Notes: generated by a model from the letters alone, not told the origin. A stretch of 64,000 nucleotides of DNA from Alkalispirochaeta sp. (GCA_965601925.1 OZ271854.1:3040001-3104000), one strand, 5' to 3'; shown: positions 9,896 through 19,630, counted from the first letter of the stretch. Numbers and translations are program-made.

Positions 9896-10750
9896 CTACC
9901 CCAACAATTGCAACACGGACTGAGTCTGCGTGTTCGCCTGGGCAAGCATCGCGGTGCTGGACTGTATCAGGATCTGACTTCGCGTATAATCCACCACCTC
10001 CGCGGCCATATCGGCATCGCGAATCCGCGACTCGGCGGCCTGGAGATTCTCTGCGGCGATGTCGATGCCCTGAGTCGCCATCTCAAGACGGTTCTGATAC
10101 GCTCCCAAGTCGGCGCGTTGCTTGTTGATCCGACGCAATGCGGCGTCGACGGTACCGATCGACGAGTTGGCCGAATCGGGGGTCGACAAGGATAGGATGT
10201 CCTGCTGCGTCCTGACTCCCAGCGCCTCGGCGGTCATCGTGCCGATATATACGCGCTCACGTTGATCCATGTTGGCTCCAATGTGGAAGTACATCGATGC
10301 GGTAACGACGTTGTTCCCCTCTTCGCGGGCAAATCGACCGGTGATGAGGTTCATACCGTTGAACTGGGCGTGCGATGCGATACGATCGAGCTCGTCCACG
10401 AGTTGCGAAACCTCTACCTGAATCTGCATCCGATCCTCTGCGGTGTAGATTCCGTTGGCCGATTGCACGGCGAGCTCGCGCATGCGCTGTAGGATATCCT
10501 GACTCTGTTGCAGGAACCCTTCGGTCGTCTGGATGAAGGAGACGCCGTTCCCGGCGTTACGCGACGCCTGGTTTAGGCCGCGGATCTGTGATCGCATCTT
10601 TTCGCTGACCGCAAGACCGCTCGCGTCGTCACCCGCGCGGTTGATGCGCAGACCGGAGCTGAGCTTCTCGATGCCGCCCATCGCCTCTTGGTTGTTGAGA
10701 CCCTGCTGTCGCCGGGCGAACATGGCGCTCATGTTGTGATTGATAATCAT
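9896..10750 (-). CDS. flaB: Periplasmic flagellar core flagellin FlaB (first copy, 284 aa)
   Basis: [12 protein letters not shown] start after [55 protein letters not shown]. Confidence 0.97.
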   Translation of the reverse strand: MIINHNMSAMFARRQQGLNNQEAMGGIEKLSSGLRINRAGDDASGLAVSEKMRSQIRGLNQASRNAGNGVSFIQTTEGFLQQSQDILQRMRELAVQSANGIYTAEDRMQIQVEVSQLVDELDRIASHAQFNGMNLITGRFAREEGNNVVTASMYFHIGANMDQRERVYIGTMTAEALGVRTQQDILSLSTPDSANSSIGTVDAALRRINKQRADLGAYQNRLEMATQGIDIAAENLQAAESRIRDADMAAEVVDYTRSQILIQSSTAMLAQANTQTQSVLQLLG

Positions 10751-10754
10751 CTCT

Positions 10755-10793
10755 CGTCCTCCTTGGACGTGTTCCGCGGGCGTCCTTGCCCGC
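10755..10793 (-). promoter_or_regulatory. Tandem CsrA-type hairpins in the flaB leader
   Basis: GCGGGC-AAGGAC-GCCCGC (10776-10793) and CGTCC-AAGGA-GGACG (10755-10769, overlaps the SD). Confidence 0.75.
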
Positions 10794-10937
10794 AGACGGT
10801 CCCGGTAGCGGCTGCGCATCGAATCCACGTACGCTGCAATCGGTGCTCAAGTCCGATGCCGGGATGCCGATAATCAGATTAGGGAGGTTCCAGTCGCAAC
10901 GCCGGCCGAACGTCGGAAAAGACTCTCCCTATACTGT

Positions 10938-10965
10938 TTGTCGGCATACGGGCCTGTAATCTTGA
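10938..10965 (-). promoter_or_regulatory. Sigma28 (FliA)-type promoter of the flaB operon
   Basis: Minus strand TCAA-16 nt-GCCGACAA versus consensus TAAA-N15/16-GCCGATAA. Confidence 0.75.
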
Positions 10966-11258
10966 GAGGAAATCCGAAAAAACATCGGTGTTCCGTCCCG
11001 CCGATCCGGCAATGGAAAGAGGCGGGAAGCCTTTTAGGTGATCGCCCGAAGGTGTGGAGCATCGGATGACGACCGCCCTGTCGGTATGGTCCGTGAGAGA
11101 CGCGGCGAACCGATCGGCGGGACGCGCAGCGCGCCTTTTTTCTCTACGGTATCCGCTCGCACGAACACGTCCCGAGAGCTCGTGGTGCAAAGACGGCACC
11201 TCAACCGGCGGCTGAGTCGCGAGTAACCGGTGCGCGGCCTGGTATTTGTCGAGAGCGA

Positions 11259-12380
11259 TTACGGGGAGGAGTCGAGGAGTTCCAGGTACTGTTGCGCGAC
11301 CGGATCGTCGGGCTCGATCGCCAGCACGGTTTGGAAAAAGCGGCGCGCCTCCTCGGGATCGTCCCGTTTGAGGGCGAGTACGCCGAAGTTCGACATGATT
11401 TTTGTATTGTCCGGCTCGAGACGGAGCGCCCGGTCGAGGGACCGACGGCTCTCGTCGTACTCGCCGAGCTCGAGGAGGCATATGGCGAGCTCGTTGTGAG
11501 TATCGGCGTTGTTCGCACCCAGTGAGATTGCCTTGCGAAAGGCGTCGACCGCCTCGCGGTACCGACCGAGTCGGCGTCGGCCCCATCCGAGCAGAAACCA
11601 AGCGTTCCACGCATCGGGATAGCGGTCTATGAACGCCTGGATGCGCTCGATACCCTTCTCCTCGTCGCCGATCTTGATGAAATCGAACGCCTCTTTGAAT
11701 AGGCGATCCAATAGATTTTGCGACTCGATCTCCCTCAGGATGCGTGCTGCTTCCTCGATTTTCTCCTCGTCCTCACTCTCTTGCGTAAACTGCTTGAGTT
11801 GATCGTAGGCCGATTCGTAGTTTCGAATCTTGAGGAAGAAGAGACCGGCGTTGAGTCTCACATCCGGCGAGAGCGTATCCCGCTGCAGAAGGTCGCGAAA
11901 GATACGATAGGCGCGATCAAAAAACCCTTGGGCGTCCTCTTCACGACCGATGCGCTCCAGCGACTCGGCACGTTGTTGATAGACGATAGCCAGATTGACC
12001 GGACCCTCGACGCGCTCGGGTGTCAGAGCGGTCAGGGCGCGGAACATCACCTCGGCTTTGTCGAAGTCCTCGTTCCGCGCGGCGATAATGCCGGTCTGAG
12101 AGAGCTCAGCGACAATCTCCGGGCGGACGTGATTCACGAACCGGCGATAGTAGTCGGCGTCCTCGTGATCCGGCCGATAGGCGAGCACCTGAAGCATGCC
12201 CGATACGATCATCTCCCAGCTTAGTTCGGTTACGTTCCAATCGGCCGGGTCGCCGCCGGTATGGACGGGAAGCGGGACGTCGGGATCGACGATAAAGTCG
12301 CCGATAGTGTGCGAGAAGTCGTCGGGAACCGAGATGAAAAGAATCTCATTGAGGGGATCGTATTCGTTGTTGTTGTCCAT
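11259..12380 (-). CDS. Tetratricopeptide repeat protein
   Basis: Repeated TPR-like helices (AWFLLGWGRRRLGRYREAVDAFRKAI; THNELAICLLELGEYDES). Confidence 0.88.
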   Translation of the reverse strand: MDNNNEYDPLNEILFISVPDDFSHTIGDFIVDPDVPLPVHTGGDPADWNVTELSWEMIVSGMLQVLAYRPDHEDADYYRRFVNHVRPEIVAELSQTGIIAARNEDFDKAEVMFRALTALTPERVEGPVNLAIVYQQRAESLERIGREEDAQGFFDRAYRIFRDLLQRDTLSPDVRLNAGLFFLKIRNYESAYDQLKQFTQESEDEEKIEEAARILREIESQNLLDRLFKEAFDFIKIGDEEKGIERIQAFIDRYPDAWNAWFLLGWGRRRLGRYREAVDAFRKAISLGANNADTHNELAICLLELGEYDESRRSLDRALRLEPDNTKIMSNFGVLALKRDDPEEARRFFQTVLAIEPDDPVAQQYLELLDSSP

Positions 12381-12395
12381 AGATATCGGTTCTCG

Positions 12396-13241
12396 TTAGT
12401 CCGAACCGTTGGAGCCTTCGGCTGCTCGCTTGGCTGCGGACCGCTTGATCGGTCGCAAGTACTCGCTCAAGCGCATTTTATAGGACATCGGTACGGCGGC
12501 TTCGTCGTACTGAAGGGCGAAGGCCGCAATATCCGACCGGCCTTCCACCGGCTCGAAGCGCACGATCTGGCCCGTGATCGTCACAACCTCGCGCGGATCG
12601 TCGAAGATAAACCGAATGGTCGCCGCCTTATTGACCAGAAACTGCGGAACGCCCGACATGATGACTTTGGCACCGCCGAAGGAGATGTCGCGAATCAGCA
12701 CCTTGCGGGGCACGTTGTCCACCTCGACCTGCGCCCCCTTTGAAGCGAGGCGAATTTTTTTTATCGTATCGGGCGAGATGATGATCCGCTCCTCGCGTCG
12801 GCGCTGCGAGGCGACGTTAGCCTCCAAAATATAGCCGAGCCGTTCGATGAGGTCGTCCGGCGGGCGCTGGGTATAGACCAGGTTAAGAAAGCTGAACCCC
12901 CGTTGCGGATCACCGTACGGAGAGATGCCGCTGATCTTCGCCGATACGAAAAAGGCGAGGGGATCGTTCTTGTCGCGCAGAATAAAACTGAAACGCAAGG
13001 ATACGAGGTTTTTCGATTTCTGGATGGAGTCCTTGAGCGCTCCCTGCATGGTAGTAATTACCTTGGCGCCCTTCATCGAGCTGGAGTAGATGATACACGG
13101 CCATTGATAACCGAGGCACTTTATGAATACCTGACGGGTATTCAGCAACAGCGCCTTTATCACTTCCTTCGTAAAAGTGACTTCGGTGTTCTGAAACTGG
13201 TCGTAGTACCGAGAAATCTGTTGGCTGGTTGTGACGGCCAT
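12396..13241 (-). CDS. PilZ-domain c-di-GMP receptor (PlzA-like)
   Basis: RxxxR (QRRREER) and DxSxxG (DISFGG) motifs. Confidence 0.85.
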   Translation of the reverse strand: MAVTTSQQISRYYDQFQNTEVTFTKEVIKALLLNTRQVFIKCLGYQWPCIIYSSSMKGAKVITTMQGALKDSIQKSKNLVSLRFSFILRDKNDPLAFFVSAKISGISPYGDPQRGFSFLNLVYTQRPPDDLIERLGYILEANVASQRRREERIIISPDTIKKIRLASKGAQVEVDNVPRKVLIRDISFGGAKVIMSGVPQFLVNKAATIRFIFDDPREVVTITGQIVRFEPVEGRSDIAAFALQYDEAAVPMSYKMRLSEYLRPIKRSAAKRAAEGSNGSD

Positions 13242-13277
13242 GGGCAGGATTAGATTATGCTATCGGTCGTTTCGTTG

Positions 13278-13583
13278 TCAATCTTCTGAATCGGGAAGTG
13301 TCGAGTCGATCCGTTCGATAAGGCGCGTCGTGATGCGCTCGATCTCCGCCGCGTCTTCCGGTGCGAGGGAGGCGGGCGAACGGCCCTGCTCACGCTCGCG
13401 AAAGAGCTCGTCTGTTACCAACAACGCGGCGAGAATCGCCTTTTTCAGCGGATCCCCGGTAGCCACCGTCGCCTCGATCTCATCGACGCGTTCGATGTAA
13501 TGGGCGAGGATCCGTTTTATGTATTCGGGGCTCTCGTCGGATTGTATTTGAAAAGAGGCTCCGAGGAGCTCGATCCTCATCAT
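13278..13583 (-). CDS. zapA: Cell division protein ZapA
   Basis: IELLGASFQI..DESPEYI; KKAILAALLVTDELF. Confidence 0.8.
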   Translation of the reverse strand: MMRIELLGASFQIQSDESPEYIKRILAHYIERVDEIEATVATGDPLKKAILAALLVTDELFREREQGRSPASLAPEDAAEIERITTRLIERIDSTLPDSED

Positions 13584-13587
13584 CTCG

Positions 13588-14109
13588 TTAGAAGATGTCG
13601 AGTTCCGGCCCCGGCTCCTCGTCTCCCTCGGTCTCTTCCGTCGACGGATCGTTCGCCGTTACGGCCGCTACCTGCTCGCCTGTCATCTGCGTCATCGGCG
13701 CCTCATCCGCCGAGGGGAGGGCGTCTTTCTCCACTATGTCCGAAGAGGCCGTCGCCTCTTCGCGTTGGACGGGGGCCGGTTCGTTCACCTCGTCGGCGAT
13801 CTCTGTGGGTGGCTCCTCGGTGTCGTCGTCCTGCCGGCCGGCGACTTCCGGCACCGTGCGGCTCTCTCCGTCTTCGGTCACCGCATCCTCAACCTCGTCG
13901 AGTTGGTGCAGCGCGTTGAGAATGCCGCGCTCGATCTCCTCTTGATTGGTGGAGAAGCTCTCGATGCGGCGTTCAAGCTCCGCAATCCGGTCCCGGTCGA
14001 CGCCGGTTTGCTCGCGGAGCTCGCGGTTCTCGGCCTGCAGCTCACCGATACGCGCGATCACCTTCTGGACGCGCTGTTCCAGGAGTCTGACTTGCTCGAT
14101 ATCTACCAT
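13588..14109 (-). CDS. ZapB-like coiled-coil protein with acidic disordered tail
   Basis: LEQRVQKVIARIGELQAENRELRE coiled coil directly upstream of zapA; tail ends ELDIF. Confidence 0.7.
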   Translation of the reverse strand: MVDIEQVRLLEQRVQKVIARIGELQAENRELREQTGVDRDRIAELERRIESFSTNQEEIERGILNALHQLDEVEDAVTEDGESRTVPEVAGRQDDDTEEPPTEIADEVNEPAPVQREEATASSDIVEKDALPSADEAPMTQMTGEQVAAVTANDPSTEETEGDEEPGPELDIF

Positions 14110-14135
14110 GTTCGCTGTTGAAAGGAGTGCGACGC

Positions 14136-14495
14136 TCAGCCGTCAAGCTGGGCGCGTGCGGTCTCGATCAGCTTGCGAAATGCGTCTTGATCTTCGATCG
14201 CCAAGTTGGATAGCGCTTTTCGATTGATCTGCACGCTCGCCTTTCCGAGTCCCTCGATGAAACGGGAGTAGGTGATACCTTCATTGCGGCACGCCGCATT
14301 AATACGGGCGATCCACAGTCTTCGGAAATCGCGCTTGCGCACCTTCCTGTCGCGATAGGCGTACTCGCCGGCCTTGGCAAGGGCGTCTTTCGCGGAACGA
14401 AACGTATTCTTGCGTCTTCCCCAATATCCCTTGGTTTGGGATGTGATCTTGCGGCGTCGATCTTTGCGCCGCGTACCGTCTATTGCTCTCGGCAT
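14136..14495 (-). CDS. rplT: 50S ribosomal protein L20
   Basis: KGYWGRRK, YAYRDRKVRKRDFRRLWIARINAA. Confidence 0.98.
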   Translation of the reverse strand: MPRAIDGTRRKDRRRKITSQTKGYWGRRKNTFRSAKDALAKAGEYAYRDRKVRKRDFRRLWIARINAACRNEGITYSRFIEGLGKASVQINRKALSNLAIEDQDAFRKLIETARAQLDG

Positions 14496-14529
14496 GCTGA
14501 TTACCTCGTTCTACTGTTGAGTGAATTGA

Positions 14530-14727
14530 TTACCCGTAGGGAAGAAGCTTCCGGACGCGCTTCTCTTCCGCAGGGCTCAGAATTCCGGCCTTTCGCAGGT
14601 GCCGTTTTCGCTTGGTGGTCTTCTTGGTCAATATGTGACGAAGGCCCTGTTTCTTGTACTTCACTTTGCCGCTACCGGTTACGTGGTAGCGCTTCGCCGC
14701 GGCGCGACGCGTCTTCATTTTCGGCAT
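14530..14727 (-). CDS. rpmI: 50S ribosomal protein L35
   Basis: [25 protein letters not shown]. Confidence 0.98.
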   Translation of the reverse strand: MPKMKTRRAAAKRYHVTGSGKVKYKKQGLRHILTKKTTKRKRHLRKAGILSPAEEKRVRKLLPYG

Positions 14728-14746
14728 CGTATGCTCCTCGTATCTC

Positions 14747-15289
14747 TTACTTGCCCTTGCCGCTGGGTGACAAAATCATGGACATGAACCGTCCCTCCAT
14801 GGCAGGTTTCCGATCGATCTGATAAGGCGTCTCGAGCATCTCCAGGATCTTGTCGAGCACGACCCGGCCGAGTTCGGTATGCGCGAGTTCACGACCGCGA
14901 AATCGAATCGTCACCTTGACCTTGGAGCCCGCCTCCAGGAAGTCCTGAATATGCTTGGTTTTGAACTCAAGATCGTGAGTCTCGATCTTGGGTTGCATCC
15001 GGACCTCTTTTAGTTTCAATAACTTCTGTTTTTTTCGCGACTCTCGGGCATTCTTTTCCTGTTCGAATTTGAACTTCCCGTAATCAAGCACCTTACAAAC
15101 CGGTGGTTTGGCTTGCGGAGCGACTTCGACGAGGTCGACCCCCCGCTCCCGGGCAATTTTGAGCGCCTCGAGCGTGGGTACGATTCCCAACTGCTCGCCG
15201 TCGCTACCGATTAACCTGACCTCTCGTACTCGAATCGCTTCATTGGTGCGCAGATCCTGTTTGGTCGTGCGCATGTCTTGTCTGGCCAA
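14747..15289 (-). CDS. infC: Translation initiation factor IF-3
   Basis: [32 protein letters not shown]; likely TTG start after GGGAGGT SD. Confidence 0.96.
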   Translation of the reverse strand: MARQDMRTTKQDLRTNEAIRVREVRLIGSDGEQLGIVPTLEALKIARERGVDLVEVAPQAKPPVCKVLDYGKFKFEQEKNARESRKKQKLLKLKEVRMQPKIETHDLEFKTKHIQDFLEAGSKVKVTIRFRGRELAHTELGRVVLDKILEMLETPYQIDRKPAMEGRFMSMILSPSGKGK

Positions 15290-15329
15290 TATACCTCCCA
15301 CGTTGTGCTTGCCTGATTACCGGTCAAAT

Positions 15330-15358
15330 ACCATATCATCGGCGTACGAAAGAGTCAA
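15330..15358 (-). promoter_or_regulatory. Sigma70-like promoter of infC-rpmI-rplT
   Basis: Minus strand TTGACT-17 nt-TATGGT. Confidence 0.65.
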
Positions 15359-15948
15359 ATCCCACGTTCGGTCGTAGTGAGAAGGCAACATACATCGGTG
15401 GCAAAAAGATTCGGCAGAAAACGGGGAATTGCGCCCGTGCGACGTAGGAATACTTCGCGCCGGATTTCGATGTTCCGTTGTCGACACAGTTCGGTGAAAT
15501 CTCGGCGGGTAAAGAAGTGAATGTTGGGCGTATCGTACCACGTATGGGGTAGGTTGCGGTTCACCGGCATGCGACCGCCGAAGCCGAACTGCAACCGATT
15601 CACCAGATACCCGAAGTTTGGAAAATTGACGATAACGTGCTTGCCCACGCGTACCATCTCCTCCAGGAGACGGCTCGGTCCGCGCACTTGCTGCAGCGTT
15701 CGACTGAGGATCACATAATCGTAACTCTTGCTCGGATAGTCTTTGAGACCTTCATCCAAATCGCCGTGAAAGACGCTGATACCTTTGCGAATACACTCCT
15801 GAATCGATGCGTCGTCGATGTCGACGCCGCGGCCCCGCACGCGCCGTTCGTCGTGGAGGCGTTCCAGGAGCGTGCAATCGTCGCACCCCAGATCCAGCAC
15901 CGTCGACCCCGGCGCCACCATATCGACGATCACGTCGAATACGTTCAT
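15355..15948 (-). CDS. metW: Methionine biosynthesis protein MetW
   Basis: VLDLGC, FPNFGY, WYDTPNIHFFT; ATGA overlap with the metX stop. Confidence 0.92.
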   Translation of the reverse strand: MNVFDVIVDMVAPGSTVLDLGCDDCTLLERLHDERRVRGRGVDIDDASIQECIRKGISVFHGDLDEGLKDYPSKSYDYVILSRTLQQVRGPSRLLEEMVRVGKHVIVNFPNFGYLVNRLQFGFGGRMPVNRNLPHTWYDTPNIHFFTRRDFTELCRQRNIEIRREVFLRRTGAIPRFLPNLFATDVCCLLTTTERGI

Positions 15949-17075
15949 CGCTTTTTTCCCGTCAGAAAGGCCGTGATGAGTTCGCTCTGGAGACTCGCCT
16001 CCAGCAGAAACGAGTCGTGACCGTAGGGGCTTTGAATCTCGTTGAACGAAACGTCCTTGCCCGCCGCCGCCAGTGCGTACACGACCTCCTTGGATTGGGC
16101 GGTGGTAAATAGCCAATCGGAAGAGTAGGACAATACGAGGAATGAGCTCTCCACCCGCGCCATCGCCGAGCCGAGCCCGCCCCACGATGAGGCGACATCG
16201 AAATAGTCCATCGCTTTCGTGAGATAGATATAGCTGTTCGCATCGAAGCGGTCGACAAATGTCTCTCCCTGGTGTTCCAGGTAGCTCTCCACGGCGAATT
16301 GATCGTCGAAGTCGAGACGCGCCGCGTTATCACCTTGAAAACGTCGCCCGAACTTCTGGCGCATCGATTCGGAGGAGAGATAGGTGATGTGGCCAACCAT
16401 GCGCGCGATCGCGAGGCCGTGTATCAACTCCTTACGGTCGTAGTAGTCGCCGCCGTTCCACGCCGGGTCGGAGGTGATTGCGTTGCGTCCCACCGCGTTG
16501 AAGGCGATACCCTGGGCGTTGAGGCGCGAGGTCGAAGCGAGCACGATCGTCCGCGCGACCATCGCCGGGAAACGTACCGCCCATTCGATCGCCTGCATAC
16601 CGCCCATCGATCCGCCCGCTACGGCATACAACCGTTCGATGCCGAGATGTTCTACCAGCGCACGCTGCGCCTCGACCATATCTCCGATCGTAACGATGGG
16701 AAACCCCAGACCCCAGGGCCGTCCCGTATCGGGGTTGATCGATCCGGGGCCGGTCGTTCCGCCGCATCCACCTATGACGTTGGAGCAGATGACGAAGAAC
16801 CTATCGGTATCGAACGCACCGCCGGGGCGTATCATGTCGTCCCACCATCCGGGTCGCCGATCGTCCCGGCCGTGCAGACCTGCGGCGTGGGCGTCCCCGC
16901 TGAAGGCGTGGAGAATCAGGATAGCGTTGGTTCCGTCGTCGTCGAGCTCTCCGTACGTCTCATAGCGGATGTTGACGTGCGGAAGCGTACGTCCGCTTTC
17001 GAGGCGAAAACCTTCGCTTTCGAGAGGGAGCGAGTAGTTGCGAGGCGTGACCACACCGGTAGGATTGTCCTGCAT
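15945..17075 (-). CDS. metX: Homoserine O-acetyltransferase MetX
   Basis: YETYGEL, HAFSGDAH, GGSMGGMQA nucleophile, YGHDSFLLE; AGGAGG SD before ATG 17075. Confidence 0.94.
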   Translation of the reverse strand: MQDNPTGVVTPRNYSLPLESEGFRLESGRTLPHVNIRYETYGELDDDGTNAILILHAFSGDAHAAGLHGRDDRRPGWWDDMIRPGGAFDTDRFFVICSNVIGGCGGTTGPGSINPDTGRPWGLGFPIVTIGDMVEAQRALVEHLGIERLYAVAGGSMGGMQAIEWAVRFPAMVARTIVLASTSRLNAQGIAFNAVGRNAITSDPAWNGGDYYDRKELIHGLAIARMVGHITYLSSESMRQKFGRRFQGDNAARLDFDDQFAVESYLEHQGETFVDRFDANSYIYLTKAMDYFDVASSWGGLGSAMARVESSFLVLSYSSDWLFTTAQSKEVVYALAAAGKDVSFNEIQSPYGHDSFLLEASLQSELITAFLTGKKR

Positions 17076-17150
17076 CCATCCTCCTGACTGAAATCCTAAC
17101 CTATTGATTGCTTGTGTTCTCTGCAAGAGTAATGGTACCGTAACGCTCCG

Positions 17151-17837
17151 ATGTTCCTCTATCTGATTATATCACCGGCCCTCATCGCCGCTACGGCGTT
17201 TCTCATGCTCGGGCGCGGTATCGACGGCGCGTCGATGCCGCGAGGGCGCGATGAGTGGGAGCGTTTGGTGCGAAACCCCGCTCTTGCGGCCGTAGGCGTT
17301 TTCGTTCCGATGTACGGTCTGTATCTCGCGCTGTCCTCCCCCGATCTCTTTCGTTATTCCCTCGGCGGGTTGTATCTTCAATTCGTCATTCGCGACTACT
17401 TCGGTTGGTTTGCGCTTCTGTGCGTCGCCGCGTACGCAACCGCCCGCTCCAGGAGACAACTCGTCGCCGGTGAGCAGTACCTGGCGCACGCAGTCTTCTT
17501 CACCGTCGCCGTTACGCTCCTGTCGATCGCGGACGTACTGCTCCACGACGGTTTGTGGACCGCCGAGGAGCTCTTTCTGCGACCGACGACGCGCGCCCTT
17601 CTACTGGTGATGTACCCCATCGCTTTTACCGTGGCCGACACGGCACGCGGAGGCGGATGGGCCGTCGTATTAATGCTGATTCAACCGTTGATCGCCGCCT
17701 TGGTGCCGATGTGGTTCGAATGGTTGCGCCCGGGGTATGCGCTCATTGCGCTGGCCGGTCTGTTTCTCGTGACCTCATGCGGCGTCGGTCTTTTGCTGTT
17801 TCGAGGTGCGGCGCGGCGAGCGGGGAGATTTGCGTAG
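17151..17837 (+). CDS. Hypothetical integral membrane protein
   Basis: 228 aa with about 6-7 hydrophobic segments; fills the gap between metX and flaA. Confidence 0.75.
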   Translation: MFLYLIISPALIAATAFLMLGRGIDGASMPRGRDEWERLVRNPALAAVGVFVPMYGLYLALSSPDLFRYSLGGLYLQFVIRDYFGWFALLCVAAYATARSRRQLVAGEQYLAHAVFFTVAVTLLSIADVLLHDGLWTAEELFLRPTTRALLLVMYPIAFTVADTARGGGWAVVLMLIQPLIAALVPMWFEWLRPGYALIALAGLFLVTSCGVGLLLFRGAARRAGRFA

Positions 17838-17935
17838 AACGCGCCCTCGCGACGCCCACCGGATCGCGGCCGGTTCACATGCGCCGCTTCATGTCCCGCG
17901 CCGTTCACACCGATACTCTATAATGAATCGATGGT

Positions 17936-17965
17936 TTGACAAAGGCAACGGGCGATTCCTATAAT
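17936..17965 (+). promoter_or_regulatory. Sigma70 promoter of the flaA operon
   Basis: Perfect TTGACA-18 nt-TATAAT. Confidence 0.8.
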
Positions 17966-18026
17966 GCTCGGGGAGTGACATCCTACCATCGTTACTTCTA
18001 TGAGGATCGCGATAAAGGAGTGGAGC

Positions 18027-18794
18027 ATGAAAATAGGCCGCCTACTCGGTATCGGCCTTCTCGCTGTGCTGTTGATTCCGTCGGTGATCGTTGCGCAGCA
18101 GCAGGCAACGACCAACTATCAATCGGTCGTGATTGAGAGTTTCGACAGTCCCGAGGAGAGTCCGTGGATCGTTCAGGCCAGCAGATTCGTGGCCGAGGGC
18201 TACCCGCAGCCAGGATGGGTGAGGACCTGGCCGGCAGCGTTGTATCGGAACGAGCCTGAGGGAGTGACGCTACGGTCTCTCGGCGTTCAGGCGGCGTTCA
18301 ACCGGCAGGGGTACAACTTTTTGGAGTTCATCCCGGTCGAGCAGAATGAAGACGGGGAGACGGTTCCCCGCGGTATTCCCATTCCCGGGCAGGTAAACAA
18401 CATCGACATGTGGGTGTGGGGATCGAACTTCGACTACTACATCGATATTCACGTCAGAGACTTCCGAGGTATGACGCACGTGCTCAATCTCGGCGACATC
18501 GGATTTCGAGGCTGGCGCAATCTGCGCATCGCGATTCCCTCCTGGATTCCGCAGACGGCGCGGTACGTCGCCGAGTTACGCAACGGGGAGTTTACCTCGG
18601 ACCTGCGGAGTCTCGAGCTGACCAAGATCGTACTGTGGACGCGGCCGGAGGAGCGAGTCAACGGATTTTTCGTCTACTTGGATGAGATCAAGGTCGAGAC
18701 GGACATGTACCGCGATCCGTTCGACGGCGAGGAGCTGCGTGATCCGGAAGCCGTACAAGAACTCTGGGCCGGCGCGGAAGGCGGGGGGCTGTAA
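18027..18794 (+). CDS. flaA: Flagellar filament outer layer (sheath) protein FlaA
   Basis: Signal peptide; SLGVQAAFNRQGYN, DMWVWGSNFDYY, GFRGWRNL. Confidence 0.88.
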   Translation: MKIGRLLGIGLLAVLLIPSVIVAQQQATTNYQSVVIESFDSPEESPWIVQASRFVAEGYPQPGWVRTWPAALYRNEPEGVTLRSLGVQAAFNRQGYNFLEFIPVEQNEDGETVPRGIPIPGQVNNIDMWVWGSNFDYYIDIHVRDFRGMTHVLNLGDIGFRGWRNLRIAIPSWIPQTARYVAELRNGEFTSDLRSLELTKIVLWTRPEERVNGFFVYLDEIKVETDMYRDPFDGEELRDPEAVQELWAGAEGGGL

Positions 18795-18797
18795 ACG

Positions 18798-19502
18798 ATG
18801 AAAAAGAGCGCATTTCTCTCGGCATTACTGATATGTGCAATGGCGCTGTCGCTTGCGGCGCAAGAGACCTTGCCCGATCCCGCCGAACTGGGATTGGATA
18901 CGGCGCAGCAGAATCTCCAGGAGATCTCCATCGACCGTTTCGAGGATCCGGGATTTTGGCTCTCGTCCATACCGGCGGATCGCGGCTTGATACTGCATCG
19001 CCGCGTCGCGGGCGGACCCGACGATAAGCAGCCGATCCCCGGCGAGGTCGAGGCCGGTGTTGAGGCTACCGATGAGAACGTGATCGGTATGCGGGTAAAC
19101 TTTTACCGGCGCGGTGCGACGACCATTTCGCTTCGTCCCGCGCGTCCCTTGGCGGTTCCCGGAATCGTGAAGACGCTCTCTCTGTGGGTCGTCGGACGCA
19201 ATACCAACCACCACTTGAGCATCGTGCTTGAAGACTACTTCGGGAATGTAAACGTGCTTCCCCTCGGGCGCCTTAACTTCAGCGGTTGGAAGCAACTGAC
19301 CGTCGCCGTTCCCCCGTCGCTCCGTCAACGGGACACCCACTACACCGTAGAAACGGGAATTCGGGTTATCGGTCTCGTGATAGATACGGATATCAACGAG
19401 GCGTACGGAACGTTCTACGTCTACTTTGACGATCTACGGGCGATCACCGACCTCTTTGCCGAGGAGAGTCGCGATCCCGACGATATGGTCGACAACTGGT
19501 AA
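18798..19502 (+). CDS. flaA: Flagellar filament outer layer protein FlaA (second paralogue)
   Basis: Signal peptide; ISIDRFEDPGFW, SLWVVGRN, LNFSGWKQL, YFDDLRAITD. Confidence 0.88.
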   Translation: MKKSAFLSALLICAMALSLAAQETLPDPAELGLDTAQQNLQEISIDRFEDPGFWLSSIPADRGLILHRRVAGGPDDKQPIPGEVEAGVEATDENVIGMRVNFYRRGATTISLRPARPLAVPGIVKTLSLWVVGRNTNHHLSIVLEDYFGNVNVLPLGRLNFSGWKQLTVAVPPSLRQRDTHYTVETGIRVIGLVIDTDINEAYGTFYVYFDDLRAITDLFAEESRDPDDMVDNW

Positions 19503-19523
19503 TGGAATCGGTGTGAAGAGACA

Positions 19524-19551
19524 GGCCTCCCCCGCGGGAGGCCCTTTTTTT
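19524..19551 (+). terminator. Rho-independent terminator of the flaA operon
   Basis: GGCCTCCC-CCGC-GGGAGGCC followed by C and a T7 run. Confidence 0.88.
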
Positions 19552-19630
19552 GTCATCCGTCGCGCCGAGAGCCGAAAAGAGGCCGTCTGAGTCGGTGGCG
19601 ATCTCAGACGGCCGATATACGGAGGACGAA

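Noticed and set aside
10964..10976. GAGGAAATCC resembling the RNase P RNA motif GAGGAAAGTCC
   Set aside because: The match is imperfect, it overlaps the sigma28 -35 region, and no 3' conserved P4 partner is seen
13242..13277. 6S RNA directly downstream of zapA
   Set aside because: Only 36 bp separate zapA from the PilZ gene, too short for 6S RNA
17076..17150. SAM riboswitch or T-box upstream of metX
   Set aside because: The gap is only 75 bp, holds divergent promoter-like elements and shows no S-box consensus
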